In this document: piece by piece, positions 19,313 through 29,163 of the stretch
Position numbering within the stretch: position 1 is the stretch's first letter
Layout of the letters: every line of letters begins with the position of its first letter
Source: Candidatus Bathyarchaeia archaeon
Lineage (GTDB): Archaea > Thermoproteota > CALKCG01 > B24 > JAGTQN01
Assembly (NCBI GenBank): GCA_038850515.1
Contig: JAWCLV010000005.1
Span: 688 to 64,687, forward strand
DNA length: 64,000 nucleotides
Direction: 5' to 3'
Program-made: the position numbers and the translations under genes
The notes under the pieces: generated by a model
The model's input: only the letters and a program-made list of their open reading frames with translations
The model's database searches: none
Told to the model about the DNA's origin: nothing

Positions 19313-20410
19313 TTGAATCTATCGGAAGGCATACCCTTATCAAGGGCCGATTTGGCCAAGTATCCCTTTGCGAGGGAGGCCTCTCAATATGTTGAGAGTA
19401 TAGGCTTAAGTCTTGGGGATATGGATAAGCCAGAATTCGCTCCAATCCTGAATAGGGCGGAAGAAAGGATTGTTGAAGCCATAAAGTCTGGTGAATCCAA
19501 GTTCAGGGAGGATCTGGATTACGAGGTTGAGATCCTTTCCTTTCCCGTTTCTGTGGCTCTAGTTCGAGCCCTCGGAGATCCCTTCTTAAAAAGAAGGTTT
19601 GCCCTTTCGGAAGCGAGGAGGATTCAGGTCCTTCTAAGTTCCGAAGAGCCCTCCAAGATCGTCTATCTGGCTTCCACAGCCTTAAATTGGAAGGTTCTCA
19701 TGAGGGCTGACCTAGGCCGATCCATGGAGTTCTTCATAGGATTCGTGGATTACTTGAAAGTAGCCCCATCCTTTCATGATGAAAAATGGAAGCTCATCAA
19801 CCGTATTGTCGCCGAGGGCCTTGTCCATTTAACGAAGGAGGAACTTGTGCGAATTATGACTGAAGGCATAAGACATCGATTCGAGAGGCTCGTTGAGCCT
19901 AAGCTGGACCTTGAGCTACCTAAGTCCTTCAGGGAAAGGCTAGAGAGGATTGGAGAATTCCTAAGTCAGAGGAAGCGCATTTTAAAGGCTGAGGAGTTAC
20001 CTAAGGTCGCCATCACGGGCTCCTTTCCTCCCTGCCTGAAGGTCCTTTATGAAGCCCTCCTAGCTGGTAAGTCCATATCCCATGTGGGGCGCTTCACGCT
20101 AACAAGCTTCCTTCTCGCCGTAGGAATGAGCTCCGATGAAATTGTCAGGCTTTTCACAGGTCTGGCGGATGCCGATGAGCGCATAACCCTCTACCAAGTC
20201 GAACACATAGCGGGAAGGCGGGGTTCAAGAACCAAGTATACGCCCCCCAGTTGCTCGACTCTTAAAACCCATGGTCTATGCGTTGAAAACGGCTCCCTCT
20301 GTGGAAAAGTTAGGCATCCCATCAGCGAATACAGGAGAAGATTGAGGTTGGGAATAAGGGCTAAGGAGGCAGTTGTAGAGGGGTCTGAGAAAGTCCAAGG
20401 GAAGCCTTAG
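19313..20410 (+). CDS. priL: DNA primase large subunit
   Basis: LAKYPF; FPPCL; SHVGRFTLTSFL; YQVEHIAG; YTPPSCSTLKTHGLC. Confidence 0.93.
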   Translation: MNLSEGIPLSRADLAKYPFAREASQYVESIGLSLGDMDKPEFAPILNRAEERIVEAIKSGESKFREDLDYEVEILSFPVSVALVRALGDPFLKRRFALSEARRIQVLLSSEEPSKIVYLASTALNWKVLMRADLGRSMEFFIGFVDYLKVAPSFHDEKWKLINRIVAEGLVHLTKEELVRIMTEGIRHRFERLVEPKLDLELPKSFRERLERIGEFLSQRKRILKAEELPKVAITGSFPPCLKVLYEALLAGKSISHVGRFTLTSFLLAVGMSSDEIVRLFTGLADADERITLYQVEHIAGRRGSRTKYTPPSCSTLKTHGLCVENGSLCGKVRHPISEYRRRLRLGIRAKEAVVEGSEKVQGKP

Positions 20411-20519
20411 GCTTCGAGCCGCTTATCGTTTCTTTTCCCTTTTTATAGGACATATTTCTCCAGAGGGGGCAAAATAATGCTGATCTAAAATAATCAATAC
20501 TCTTAAAGCAATCCTTTGG

Positions 20520-21731
20520 TTAGAGAGGTATCAGCCAAATGATAGCTAAGGATGCCGCATATGAAATCAGGCTCGCCGGAATCAATCTTTTGTAAACCTT
20601 CTGTAATTGGGACTTATAATACTCGAGAGTTAAGATCAGGCATAGGTGCATAGGCGATATAATATAGGAGAAAACTATAGTCAAGTAAAGCGCACTAGTC
20701 AAAATGTTATCCATCTGCCCCAATATCGATATTGCCAAAGGAAAAATCATCGCTACACCAGCTGTAGGCATTGCTGTTGTGAAGCCTATCATCCAAGTGA
20801 TAATGAGTAGGAGGGTGATTGAAGGGGGCCCTGAACCCTTGATGTAGGGAAGGAGTGCCTCAACGGCTCCGGATTCCCTTACCATATACCTAAAGCACAT
20901 GACCCCTAAGATGGCGAAGGCTGGCTTCCAATCGAAGCCTTCCTTAAGAAGCCTTACGATTCCCTTAAAACCTATCCTCTTTAAGGCGAAAACGGAAGCA
21001 ATTCCAAATATCAGAGCCATTGCCATAGGAAGCCCCAAGATGTTCAGAACGATCGAGATCAGAATTGGCGAAGCGTTTAGCAAGGCTGATCGAAGGGGCT
21101 CCCCGGCAATAGCTTTAGTTTCTACATTTTCATCCTTGTCGTACTCTACGATCTTCCGAAGAGAAAAAATGTAGCCGAGGATCAAATATACGATGAGGGG
21201 AAGGAATTGAACCTTGATTAAGGAGAAGAGGGATATGCCTGCAAGGCTTGAGGCTAAAATCAAGGTCGAAGAAAGGGGATAGATGAAGAAGTTCCAATGG
21301 CGAAACCATACATTGATATAGCTTTCATCCTCTCCAGTAAGTCTCAACCTCCTCCCCTCTTCCTCTATTAAAGGAGCTGATAGGAGGGCACCGCCCGGCA
21401 TTGGCAAAGCCCCCATTAGGGCTGGAAGGATCGATACTGTGGCACGGCCAGGAAGGGAGCCCTTCATACTCCTTACAAGCCCATCGACCATCCCAGTCCC
21501 CTTCATACAATAGGCCAGGATTGGGATTAGGGTTGTTATGAGGGCGAGATCCCATGTCGAAGGGTCTGTAAGGGCTTCTAAAAGGATCTTGAAGAACTCT
21601 TCGGGCGTTGGTAATGAGAAGATGGCAAGGGTTAAAGTACCAACGAGGAGGGCCGCACCGTAGTTAATGCGTTTCATCACAAGAACTACGATAAGGATCA
21701 AAGAGATGAAAAGTCCCATAGGCCCGAGCAA
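20520..21731 (-). CDS. DUF401-family (IT superfamily) membrane transporter
   Basis: PALMGALPMPGGALLSAP; NVWFRH; ISPMHLCLILTLEYY. Confidence 0.8.
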   Translation of the reverse strand: MLGPMGLFISLILIVVLVMKRINYGAALLVGTLTLAIFSLPTPEEFFKILLEALTDPSTWDLALITTLIPILAYCMKGTGMVDGLVRSMKGSLPGRATVSILPALMGALPMPGGALLSAPLIEEEGRRLRLTGEDESYINVWFRHWNFFIYPLSSTLILASSLAGISLFSLIKVQFLPLIVYLILGYIFSLRKIVEYDKDENVETKAIAGEPLRSALLNASPILISIVLNILGLPMAMALIFGIASVFALKRIGFKGIVRLLKEGFDWKPAFAILGVMCFRYMVRESGAVEALLPYIKGSGPPSITLLLIITWMIGFTTAMPTAGVAMIFPLAISILGQMDNILTSALYLTIVFSYIISPMHLCLILTLEYYKSQLQKVYKRLIPASLISYAASLAIIWLIPL

Positions 21732-21930
21732 GTTTATCGCCCCATAGGATGAGGGCTTAGCTTCCCGATCTCCTCAAATCTAACGCCTTTAAGAGATAAG
21801 CCTTCTAACTTGGAAGACTTAAAAGCTTCCGAATGGGAGGGATCATAGAGCTGTTCTCAACTTGAAGACCGGGCAATTAGGGGATAGGGATTCAGAAAAT
21901 AGGAATGGGGAAGCGAAGAAAGGGAGGGTC

Positions 21931-22092
21931 ATGGTCCTTCGAGAATTCTTAAAGGAGTTGGAAGATACCTACCCCAATATGGCTGAGGCGGCCGCCATAT
22001 TTTCAGATTACTCTAGGCGCTATCCTGAACTTCTCCAAGACTTAAAGTTTGCCTTGAAAGAATGGCTTGATAAGATCTCGATGAGCGATTAG
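21931..22092 (+). CDS. Small hypothetical protein (53 aa)
   Basis: GGAGG at 21923-21927 before ATG 21931; amphipathic helical sequence; no family recognised. Confidence 0.4.
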   Translation: MVLREFLKELEDTYPNMAEAAAIFSDYSRRYPELLQDLKFALKEWLDKISMSD

Positions 22093-22166
22093 ACGTAAAT
22101 TTTATAAAAATTTAGGGAAGAGCTTGAAAGGTTTTTCTTTTTAAATAGAGGGCTGAGGGGCAAACA

Positions 22167-22796
22167 TTATTTCAGTATTTTTCCTGTCTCGAAATACCAT
22201 AAATATAAATCTAATTGGGCTAAATTTATTCCAGCCTTTTTGGCAACATCTTTGAGTAGTTTCTCAATCTCCAAATAGTTTCTTTTGGTTAAAATCTTTG
22301 GCTTATCTATTAATCGATAATTTACAAGGCAATCGATGATGTGGAAGTCTAAAATAGCAAAATTAAAATAACCGATATTTCTAAGGAAATGACTTGCTTC
22401 CTTATAGCCAATTCCCTTAATATTTTTTACTAGCCAGTCTCTTAATTTAATTTCTTCCTTGAAGGAATTAATGATCATTTTCAATGAATCCTTATATTTT
22501 CTAGCTAGAACTATATATCTTGCCCTTGTATTAGGATAACGATGCCCAAGCTCTTTGAGCCTCTCAGCCAATTGGCTTTCTGAAAGATTTAGGAATCCAT
22601 CACCTATCTTTTCCTGAATTTTTATGCTTTTTTCTGCATTGAAATTTGCTGTTAGTATGCAAAAACAAAGTTCTTTAAAAATATCCGTCGATTCCTTTTT
22701 TCTCATTTCCGAGAATTCCATTAATCTTTTTTCTACCAAAATTTTTATTTTATTATCTTTTTTAAGTTCTTCAATTCTTGTTAATAATTCTTCCAT
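22167..22796 (-). CDS. ogg: N-glycosylase/DNA lyase (thermostable 8-oxoguanine glycosylase, Ogg)
   Basis: ELCFCILTAN; GHRYPNTRARYI; IKGIGYKEASHFLRN; AILDFHI; DLYLWY; start at MEEL likely. Confidence 0.9.
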   Translation of the reverse strand: MEELLTRIEELKKDNKIKILVEKRLMEFSEMRKKESTDIFKELCFCILTANFNAEKSIKIQEKIGDGFLNLSESQLAERLKELGHRYPNTRARYIVLARKYKDSLKMIINSFKEEIKLRDWLVKNIKGIGYKEASHFLRNIGYFNFAILDFHIIDCLVNYRLIDKPKILTKRNYLEIEKLLKDVAKKAGINLAQLDLYLWYFETGKILK

Positions 22797-23294
22797 TCTA
22801 ATTTCACAACCAGCCCTTGAATTTTGAATCCATTTCTGCACCCTTCCATAAAGAATTTTTCTATCTGAATTTTGTTTTCCTGCCCCATCATCCTAGTGTC
22901 CATGATCCTTGAAATTTGAGCCGGTGCCTTCGATAAGTTTAAGGCGCGATGATTGAAGGTATTCATTCTTGGTTATAAAACTGAAAAGCCAAAAGCAAAA
23001 TTCCTTTTAGTCTTCAAGAATTTTGGAAGCGATCTAGTAAGGGTGGGCTCCAGAGAGGAACTTAGATCTTGAACTCCTAAAGGATATTATGACCGAATCT
23101 AGGCTTAGGAACTATGCTGGAGAGAGTAAAAAGAATGGAAGACCTTCAGGCCGTGAGAAGTATAGGCTATGCGAAGCCATCGCAGCAACCTCCCTATACG
23201 ATGGATGCCTTAAGGTCGAAGAGCCTAAAGAGCATGGGTTTATGGAACCATAGGGTCGAAGTTTTTAATATCTAGGCTTCGAGGTAGACTTGGA

Positions 23295-23993
23295 TTGAAA
23301 GAATCCCAAGGATTAATCGAAGGCATCTTTGTAGAGCGACCCAACAGGTTCCTTGCCCTAGTAGAGATAGGCTCTGATCGCCTTCCTTGCTTCCTTTCTA
23401 ATCCTGGAAGGATGGAGGATCTCCTCATACCAGGAAAACCTGTTCTTCTCAGGAGAGCCTTGAAGGCTAGTAAAATCAGGAAGACAAGCTATGACCTTAT
23501 AGGGGTTCGGCTAGATAATCAGATAGTTTCCTTAGATTCGAGGCTTCCCAACCAGCTCATTTGGAAATTGCTTAAAGCCCGAGATTTAGAGGCTTTCTCG
23601 AAGTTTACCGATATAGAGCCAGAGTATAGCTATGGGGATAGCCGAATGGACTTCCTATTAAAGAGCAGGGATGGAGAGCTATGCCTCCTTGAAGTGAAGT
23701 CTTGTACGCTTGTAAAAAATCATAGGGGACTCTTTCCCGATGCCCCTACTGAGAGGGGAAGAAGGCACCTGGAAGCCCTTATAAAAGCGAGAAAAGGGGG
23801 TTACAGGGCTTCTGTCATATTCATCATCCAGAGGGTGGATGCAGAAGCCTTTTCACCCAACGATGAGGTTGACCCTAGGTTTGGGAAGAGCCTAAGAAAG
23901 GCTGTTTCCGAGGGGGTCGAAGCCTACGCTTACACTGCTAGTTTTGATGGCTTCAGCCTTTCCTTGGTAAAGAGGATTCCCGTCGAACTTTAG
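23295..23993 (+). CDS. sfsA: SfsA-family nuclease (sugar fermentation stimulation protein)
   Basis: RPNRF; NPGRM; SRMDFLL; LEVKSCTL; FPDAPTERGRRHL; FSPNDEVDP. Confidence 0.93.
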   Translation: MKESQGLIEGIFVERPNRFLALVEIGSDRLPCFLSNPGRMEDLLIPGKPVLLRRALKASKIRKTSYDLIGVRLDNQIVSLDSRLPNQLIWKLLKARDLEAFSKFTDIEPEYSYGDSRMDFLLKSRDGELCLLEVKSCTLVKNHRGLFPDAPTERGRRHLEALIKARKGGYRASVIFIIQRVDAEAFSPNDEVDPRFGKSLRKAVSEGVEAYAYTASFDGFSLSLVKRIPVEL

Positions 23994-24033
23994 CCTAATA
24001 ATGCGGCTATAGGCCTAGGCTCCGTCTGGATTT

Positions 24034-24264
24034 TTATGCCTCTATTAGGGTTTCGGTGCTCCTCACACCCTCAAGTTGATTGATGTCGGCTGAAATCCTC
24101 GCGACATCTTCGTTTCCTACCCCTTCCACGAAGGCCACTATGTCGAACCTTCCATAAGTTACATAGACCTTCCTCACGTCTTTCATCGCCCTTATCGCTT
24201 CAAGAAGTTCATTGAACCTTACCGGACTCGCCTTTATCAATATGCATGCACGAACCAATACCAT
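24034..24264 (-). CDS. Stand-alone Lrp/AsnC ligand-binding (RAM) domain
   Basis: VTYGRFDIVAFVE; GVRSTETLI; no HTH. Confidence 0.85.
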   Translation of the reverse strand: MVLVRACILIKASPVRFNELLEAIRAMKDVRKVYVTYGRFDIVAFVEGVGNEDVARISADINQLEGVRSTETLIEA

Positions 24265-24270
24265 AGCCTC

Positions 24271-24501
24271 CTAGGTCTGGAGTTCAACAAGGGTCTCTGT
24301 GAAGACGATGCCTCCAAGGGTTCCGATTTTCATTATGAGACGACCAAGACCTTGAAAGCTCTGGGTCTCAATGTCGGCGACAACATCCCATCTCCCCAAG
24401 ACTGGGAAGGCCATCTTTACTTCCTTAAACTGCTTTAGCCTTTCAAGGACTTCTTGATATCTTCCCCGACTCGTTCTGATAAGGACACACGCGGATACCA
24501 T
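24271..24501 (-). CDS. Stand-alone Lrp/AsnC ligand-binding (RAM) domain
   Basis: VLGRWDVVADIE; GIVFTETLV; no HTH. Confidence 0.85.
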   Translation of the reverse strand: MVSACVLIRTSRGRYQEVLERLKQFKEVKMAFPVLGRWDVVADIETQSFQGLGRLIMKIGTLGGIVFTETLVELQT

Positions 24502-24626
24502 GCCATTTAAAAATGCTTAGGAGACTAATAATCCTTATCATTCTGCCAGTATGACCTCTTTTCCGTGCTAAGGAGCGGCAAAAGGGTTCATGAAAGCCTT
24601 AAACCATCGAGGGTCTTCGCCTTTCC

Positions 24627-25805
24627 TTAAGGCTGGGGAATCTTATCGTAAAATCCGTAGCTTTTAGCGGTTTTGAGCATCGTAAGAAAGTTTTCCGGAA
24701 CGACGTTAGGATGGATTGTGTTAGAAGAGCCAAGTATGTAACCGCCTCCGGGAGCCCCTTCCTCTATGCATCGCCTCGTCTCGAGTTCCACTTCAGACTT
24801 CGATCCTAGGACCAAAGTCTTTGCACAGTCAACATTGCCCCAGAGGATGAGATGCGGAAGCCTTTCCTTTATATCGGAAAGCCTCATTCCAGCCTGGTAA
24901 TCGATTTCTCCATAGCCATCAACCCCAGATTCCACGAAAAGTTCCTTGGCTAAAGGCCAGACGTATCCATCGGTTCTATAGATGTAGGGAAGACCTAGGC
25001 TATGACAGAAGTCCGTGAGTTCCTTGAGCCTTGGAAGGAAGATGAGCCTATAAAGGGAGGGAGCGAAGGCAGGACCATGGTTATCGGCCAGATCGCCTCC
25101 TCCTAGGATGAGGTCGGCTCCATGATGCCTCTGGACCTTTATCGAAACCTTCAAGGTATCGAGCATTCGATCAAGATAGGCTTCGATCAGATCGGGCCGT
25201 TGGTAAAGGACCTTCAGCCATGGTGGGTCCATACTTATGGCTAGGTTTCCCCCTCCCGCAAAGAGCTTTTCTTCTCCAAGGGCATCAAAAAGGCGATCCC
25301 AGACATCAAAGGAATCTTCATCTATTTCTACGGGCTTATCTAGGCTTTTTTCTATGTATCGCTCGATGGCCTGAAGCCCTTCCCTTCTAAAGCTTGAATC
25401 GATGGTCATGAACATCTTCGAAGCTTCATCAAAGCGTTGGACTCTCCATGTTTTCGTATCATCATCCTTATAGTAGTAAGTGTTCGCGTCCAGCTTTTTT
25501 ATAGGTCCTCCAGATTCCGAGGGAATAAGGGGCGGTCTTACCATATCCAAATCCAAGGTTGAATAGAGATCCCTCAAATCCCTTGAAGCCCTTTCGACCA
25601 AGAAATCCCGCTTTCCTTCGAAGAGCAGCTCAGCTATCTCGCACCATCCGATGCCCCCACCACAGGTGTAGGCATGCCTACCAAGGATTGCGGAGGCGAC
25701 ATTAGAGGCGATTTCTTGTTCGAAGAGGGGAATCCTATCTGGTATTTCGTGGAAGATAGCCGCCCGAACTCTTTCCCTTCCAGTCATCCACGAAAGGCTT
25801 CCCAT
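24627..25805 (-). CDS. Uroporphyrinogen decarboxylase-fold protein (MtaA/CmuA-like corrinoid methyltransferase family)
   Basis: MTGRERVRAAI..E.PDRIP; GGDLADN.GP; YRTDG; LWGNVD; GGGYILGSSN. Confidence 0.8.
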   Translation of the reverse strand: MGSLSWMTGRERVRAAIFHEIPDRIPLFEQEIASNVASAILGRHAYTCGGGIGWCEIAELLFEGKRDFLVERASRDLRDLYSTLDLDMVRPPLIPSESGGPIKKLDANTYYYKDDDTKTWRVQRFDEASKMFMTIDSSFRREGLQAIERYIEKSLDKPVEIDEDSFDVWDRLFDALGEEKLFAGGGNLAISMDPPWLKVLYQRPDLIEAYLDRMLDTLKVSIKVQRHHGADLILGGGDLADNHGPAFAPSLYRLIFLPRLKELTDFCHSLGLPYIYRTDGYVWPLAKELFVESGVDGYGEIDYQAGMRLSDIKERLPHLILWGNVDCAKTLVLGSKSEVELETRRCIEEGAPGGGYILGSSNTIHPNVVPENFLTMLKTAKSYGFYDKIPQP

Positions 25806-26194
25806 CGCTTCTCCATTTCCCCCCGAATTTTCTTAAGCTCCGCTTTCCTTTATCAAGGTTTAATTAACTTTTTAACGCATCTTTAGGCAACAAGCTCAAT
25901 AATCCGTGGGAGTATGAAGCATTGAGCCATATATGGCTAAGAAATAGGGCGCCAAAAGCTTCATTAAGGGATAGGGGTTTAGATGGAGGCTTTCGGTCTT
26001 ATAGGCTGTGAAAAGCCTCAGGCTCCTATAAACTAAGGAAGAGGCTTAAGGGCCTCTATAAGGATCCCTATATTGGAATCAAACTATAGCCGAAAGTATA
26101 ATAATCGAATAATTTATAGGACCTTTATCTCCCTAGAATTATCTATCAAGGTTATTCCATAATGCGAGGTATTCCATCGAGAAAAGGTTTTATT

Positions 26195-27130
26195 ATGAAG
26201 GGTTCCTTAAAAATCCTGAAAGGAATTATTATTTTTATATTCACTATAGCTCTTTTAGGCATATATATCTATTCTTCCCATCTAAGCTCTGAAAAGTCTA
26301 TCGTTATTTTAGCTACGACTACAAGCACTTATGATTCCGGTTTGCTTGATTATTTAATGCCAATATTCAATAGTAAATACAATTATGAAGTTCACATTAT
26401 TCCAGTTGGTACTGGTCAGGCAATAGAAATTGCTAAGAGAGGAGATGCGGATCTCATCCTCGTCCATTCGAGACAGATGGAACTTGAGTTTGTGAATAGC
26501 ACTTATGGAATTCATAGAATTGGCGTCATGTATAACGATTTCGTTGTAATTGGCCCTGTGGAAGATCCGGCAGGTATAAAGGATTTGATGAATGTTACTG
26601 AAGCCTTCCAAAGAATAGCTAAAAAAGGAGCTGAGGGGAAAACCCTATTCATCTCCCGGGCAGACAAATCTGGTACAAATATCCTCGAGTTAAGCATATG
26701 GAGAAGGCTTGGAACAATGCCTTCAAACAAAACTCAGGCATGGTACTTAGAGGTTGGAGGTGGCATGGGGACTATTCTACGCATGGCTAACGAGAAGGGA
26801 GCTTATACAATTACGGACAGGGCAACCTGGCTCTCGTTTAAAAATCAGTTGAAGAATTTAGCAGTTCTCGTACAAGGTGATGTAACATTACTGAATCCTT
26901 ATGCAATCATTCTTGTTAATCCTGAGAGGTATCCTCAAAGAAATTATAAGGGAGCCCTCATCCTGACGAAATGGTTGATTTCTGAAGAAGGTCAAAATCT
27001 CATAGCAAACTTCACGAAAGAAGGGGAAACCTTATTCAAACCTATCGCCCGAGATATCGAATTAGCCCGCTCGTTAGGCTTCCCAAACCAGGATTGGGAG
27101 CTTTCATGGTATGATACACAGAAAACCTAA
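26195..27130 (+). CDS. tupA: Tungstate ABC transporter substrate-binding protein
   Basis: LATTTSTYDSGLL; VGTGQA; GDADLILVH; MYNDFVVIGP; SRADKSGT; LNPYAII. Confidence 0.93.
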   Translation: MKGSLKILKGIIIFIFTIALLGIYIYSSHLSSEKSIVILATTTSTYDSGLLDYLMPIFNSKYNYEVHIIPVGTGQAIEIAKRGDADLILVHSRQMELEFVNSTYGIHRIGVMYNDFVVIGPVEDPAGIKDLMNVTEAFQRIAKKGAEGKTLFISRADKSGTNILELSIWRRLGTMPSNKTQAWYLEVGGGMGTILRMANEKGAYTITDRATWLSFKNQLKNLAVLVQGDVTLLNPYAIILVNPERYPQRNYKGALILTKWLISEEGQNLIANFTKEGETLFKPIARDIELARSLGFPNQDWELSWYDTQKT

Positions 27131-27216
27131 AGCCTCTGGATGAGAGAATATCTTAGGCATCTTAGGGAGCGCTGTTTATCTTAGGAATTCTTTTTAAATT
27201 AAGCTGGTGAAAACCT

Positions 27217-27903
27217 TTGGTTGGGAATGCTTTCCTTGAAGAAATTTGGAATATTACATCATTATCCTTGACCGTTTCTGGAACGGCAGTACTTATAGGA
27301 GCTTTAATAGGCATACCTATTGGAACTCTTTTGGGGTTTAGGGAGTTTAGAGGAAAACGAATGTTGATACGCTTTATGAACGTTATGTTAAAAAGCATTA
27401 TCAACACTTTTATGGGCTTGCCTCCTGTTCTAGTTGGTCTCGTCGTTTATCTTCTGCTCACGGCTTCGGGGCCCCTAGGATGGTTAAGGCTCCTATACAC
27501 CCCCGCCGCCATGATAATCACTCAGCTCATTATGGTTATACCCATAATCGTCGGTGTAACCATGTCAGCTATAGGAAGTGTTGAGAAGGCGATAAGGGAT
27601 AAGGCCTTGTCCCTTGGAGCTACGGAGGCCCAGGCTGCTTGGCTTATATTAAGGGAGGCTCGAAAAGGAGTTCTAACATCGATCATCGTAGCCTTCGGAG
27701 CCGCTATATCAGAGGTTGGAGGCATAATGATTACTGGTGGAAACATCAGGTGGGTGACGCGAACTTTAACAACTGCCATAGTTGTTGAAACTGAGCTTGG
27801 CAACTTTAACATGTCCCTTGTCCTTGGAGCCATCTTGTTGTCGATCGCTTTTATAATAAATCTAGCTCTAACGATTCTTCAGATAAAAGGTGAAAAAATT
27901 TAA
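27217..27903 (+). CDS. tupB: Tungstate ABC transporter permease
   Basis: NTFMGLPPVLVGL; ISEVGGIMITGGNIRWVTRTLTTAI. Confidence 0.93.
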   Translation: MVGNAFLEEIWNITSLSLTVSGTAVLIGALIGIPIGTLLGFREFRGKRMLIRFMNVMLKSIINTFMGLPPVLVGLVVYLLLTASGPLGWLRLLYTPAAMIITQLIMVIPIIVGVTMSAIGSVEKAIRDKALSLGATEAQAAWLILREARKGVLTSIIVAFGAAISEVGGIMITGGNIRWVTRTLTTAIVVETELGNFNMSLVLGAILLSIAFIINLALTILQIKGEKI

Positions 27904-28973
27904 TGCCAATAATAGAGGTGCAAAAACTTTTTAAAGAATACTCCGGAAGATATGTTTTAAAAGATATAAATTTCAGAGTTCAAAATGGTGAGCTTTTTGT
28001 TCTAGTAGGTCCTAATGGAGCTGGAAAAACAACCCTTCTCAGGATACTAGACCTCCTTGATGAGCCCACAATGGGAAGAGTAATATTTGATACCGAACCG
28101 ATAGACTACTCTGCTAAGGATAAGATTCTCATGCTTAGAAGAAGGATAGGAATGGTATTTCAGCGCACAGTGCTTTTCAACATGAAAGTTTTTGATAATG
28201 TTGCATATCCCTTGAAGGTTAGAGGTGAAGATAAAAAAGAAAGAATTGAGGGAAGGGTTATTTCGGCACTGAAACAGGTGCAGTTACAAGGTTATGAAGA
28301 GAAAAATGCGCTGACTTTGTCTGGTGGTGAGGCCCAAAGAGTCGCTTTGGCCCAAGCCTTGGTTACTGATCCAGAGCTTTTACTTCTTGACGAGCCTACA
28401 GCAAACCTCGATCCAAAGAATGTTTCAATAATAGAGGGGGTTCTTTCGCAAATCAATAGGGAAAATAAAACTACGATAATCATGACGACCCACAACATGT
28501 TTCATGCGGAAAACTTAGCGCAAAGAGTTGCCGTCCTTAATGAAGGGAAAATAGAGGCCATGGGGACTTTCCAAGAAGTTTTTGGAAGTCCATCCAGGAT
28601 GAAGAACTTTGCTAGACTTGAAAATGTTTTTCATGGAGTTTCAACAATCTCCCCTGAGGGTACATCAGTCATTGATCTTGGTGATGGATTAAGAATCGAG
28701 GCTGCTTTCAAAAAAGTTGGACCTATGATCCTTCATGTGCCTCCTGAAGACATCATTGTTTCGAAAAATCCAATTTATTCAAGTGCAAGAAATATGTTTG
28801 AGGGAAAAATCGTTCAAATTACGGATTTGGGATCCCTTGTCAAGCTTAAGATTCGATTAGGAAAGGATTTTACTGTACAGATAACCAAAAGATCCTTCGA
28901 CGAAATGAAGTTAAACATAGATTCAAAGGTTTATATAGCCTTCAAAGCATCTTCAGTACAAACTGCATTCTAG
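27903..28973 (+). CDS. tupC: Tungstate ABC transporter ATPase with C-terminal TOBE domain
   Basis: GPNGAGKT; LSGGEAQRVALA; LDEPTANLD; SARNMFEGKI...FKASSV. Confidence 0.9.
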   Translation: MPIIEVQKLFKEYSGRYVLKDINFRVQNGELFVLVGPNGAGKTTLLRILDLLDEPTMGRVIFDTEPIDYSAKDKILMLRRRIGMVFQRTVLFNMKVFDNVAYPLKVRGEDKKERIEGRVISALKQVQLQGYEEKNALTLSGGEAQRVALAQALVTDPELLLLDEPTANLDPKNVSIIEGVLSQINRENKTTIIMTTHNMFHAENLAQRVAVLNEGKIEAMGTFQEVFGSPSRMKNFARLENVFHGVSTISPEGTSVIDLGDGLRIEAAFKKVGPMILHVPPEDIIVSKNPIYSSARNMFEGKIVQITDLGSLVKLKIRLGKDFTVQITKRSFDEMKLNIDSKVYIAFKASSVQTAF

Positions 28974-29163
28974 AAAAAAAGAAGTAGATAAGAAAAGAAT
29001 TTCACTGTTCATTTGTACAAAAATACTAGATCCGAATACCCTACGTAAACAAAGCAGCCAAAGCTTCCAAGCCGAGGGATCCTTTCTAGGCTAGGGGCTA
29101 TCAAAGCCTATTACGCCTTATGCCTATTCAAAAACTTATTACAAACCAAGGGGAAGAAATTCT

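Noticed and set aside
23089-23253. 54-aa ORF between ogg and sfsA, possible gene remnant
   Set aside because: No clear SD and no recognisable family or transposase motif
25925-25938. Perfect 14-bp palindrome AGCCATATATGGCT (also TCTTCTATAGAAGA at 39995-40008)
   Set aside because: About 64000/4^7, roughly 4, such palindromes are expected by chance in this window
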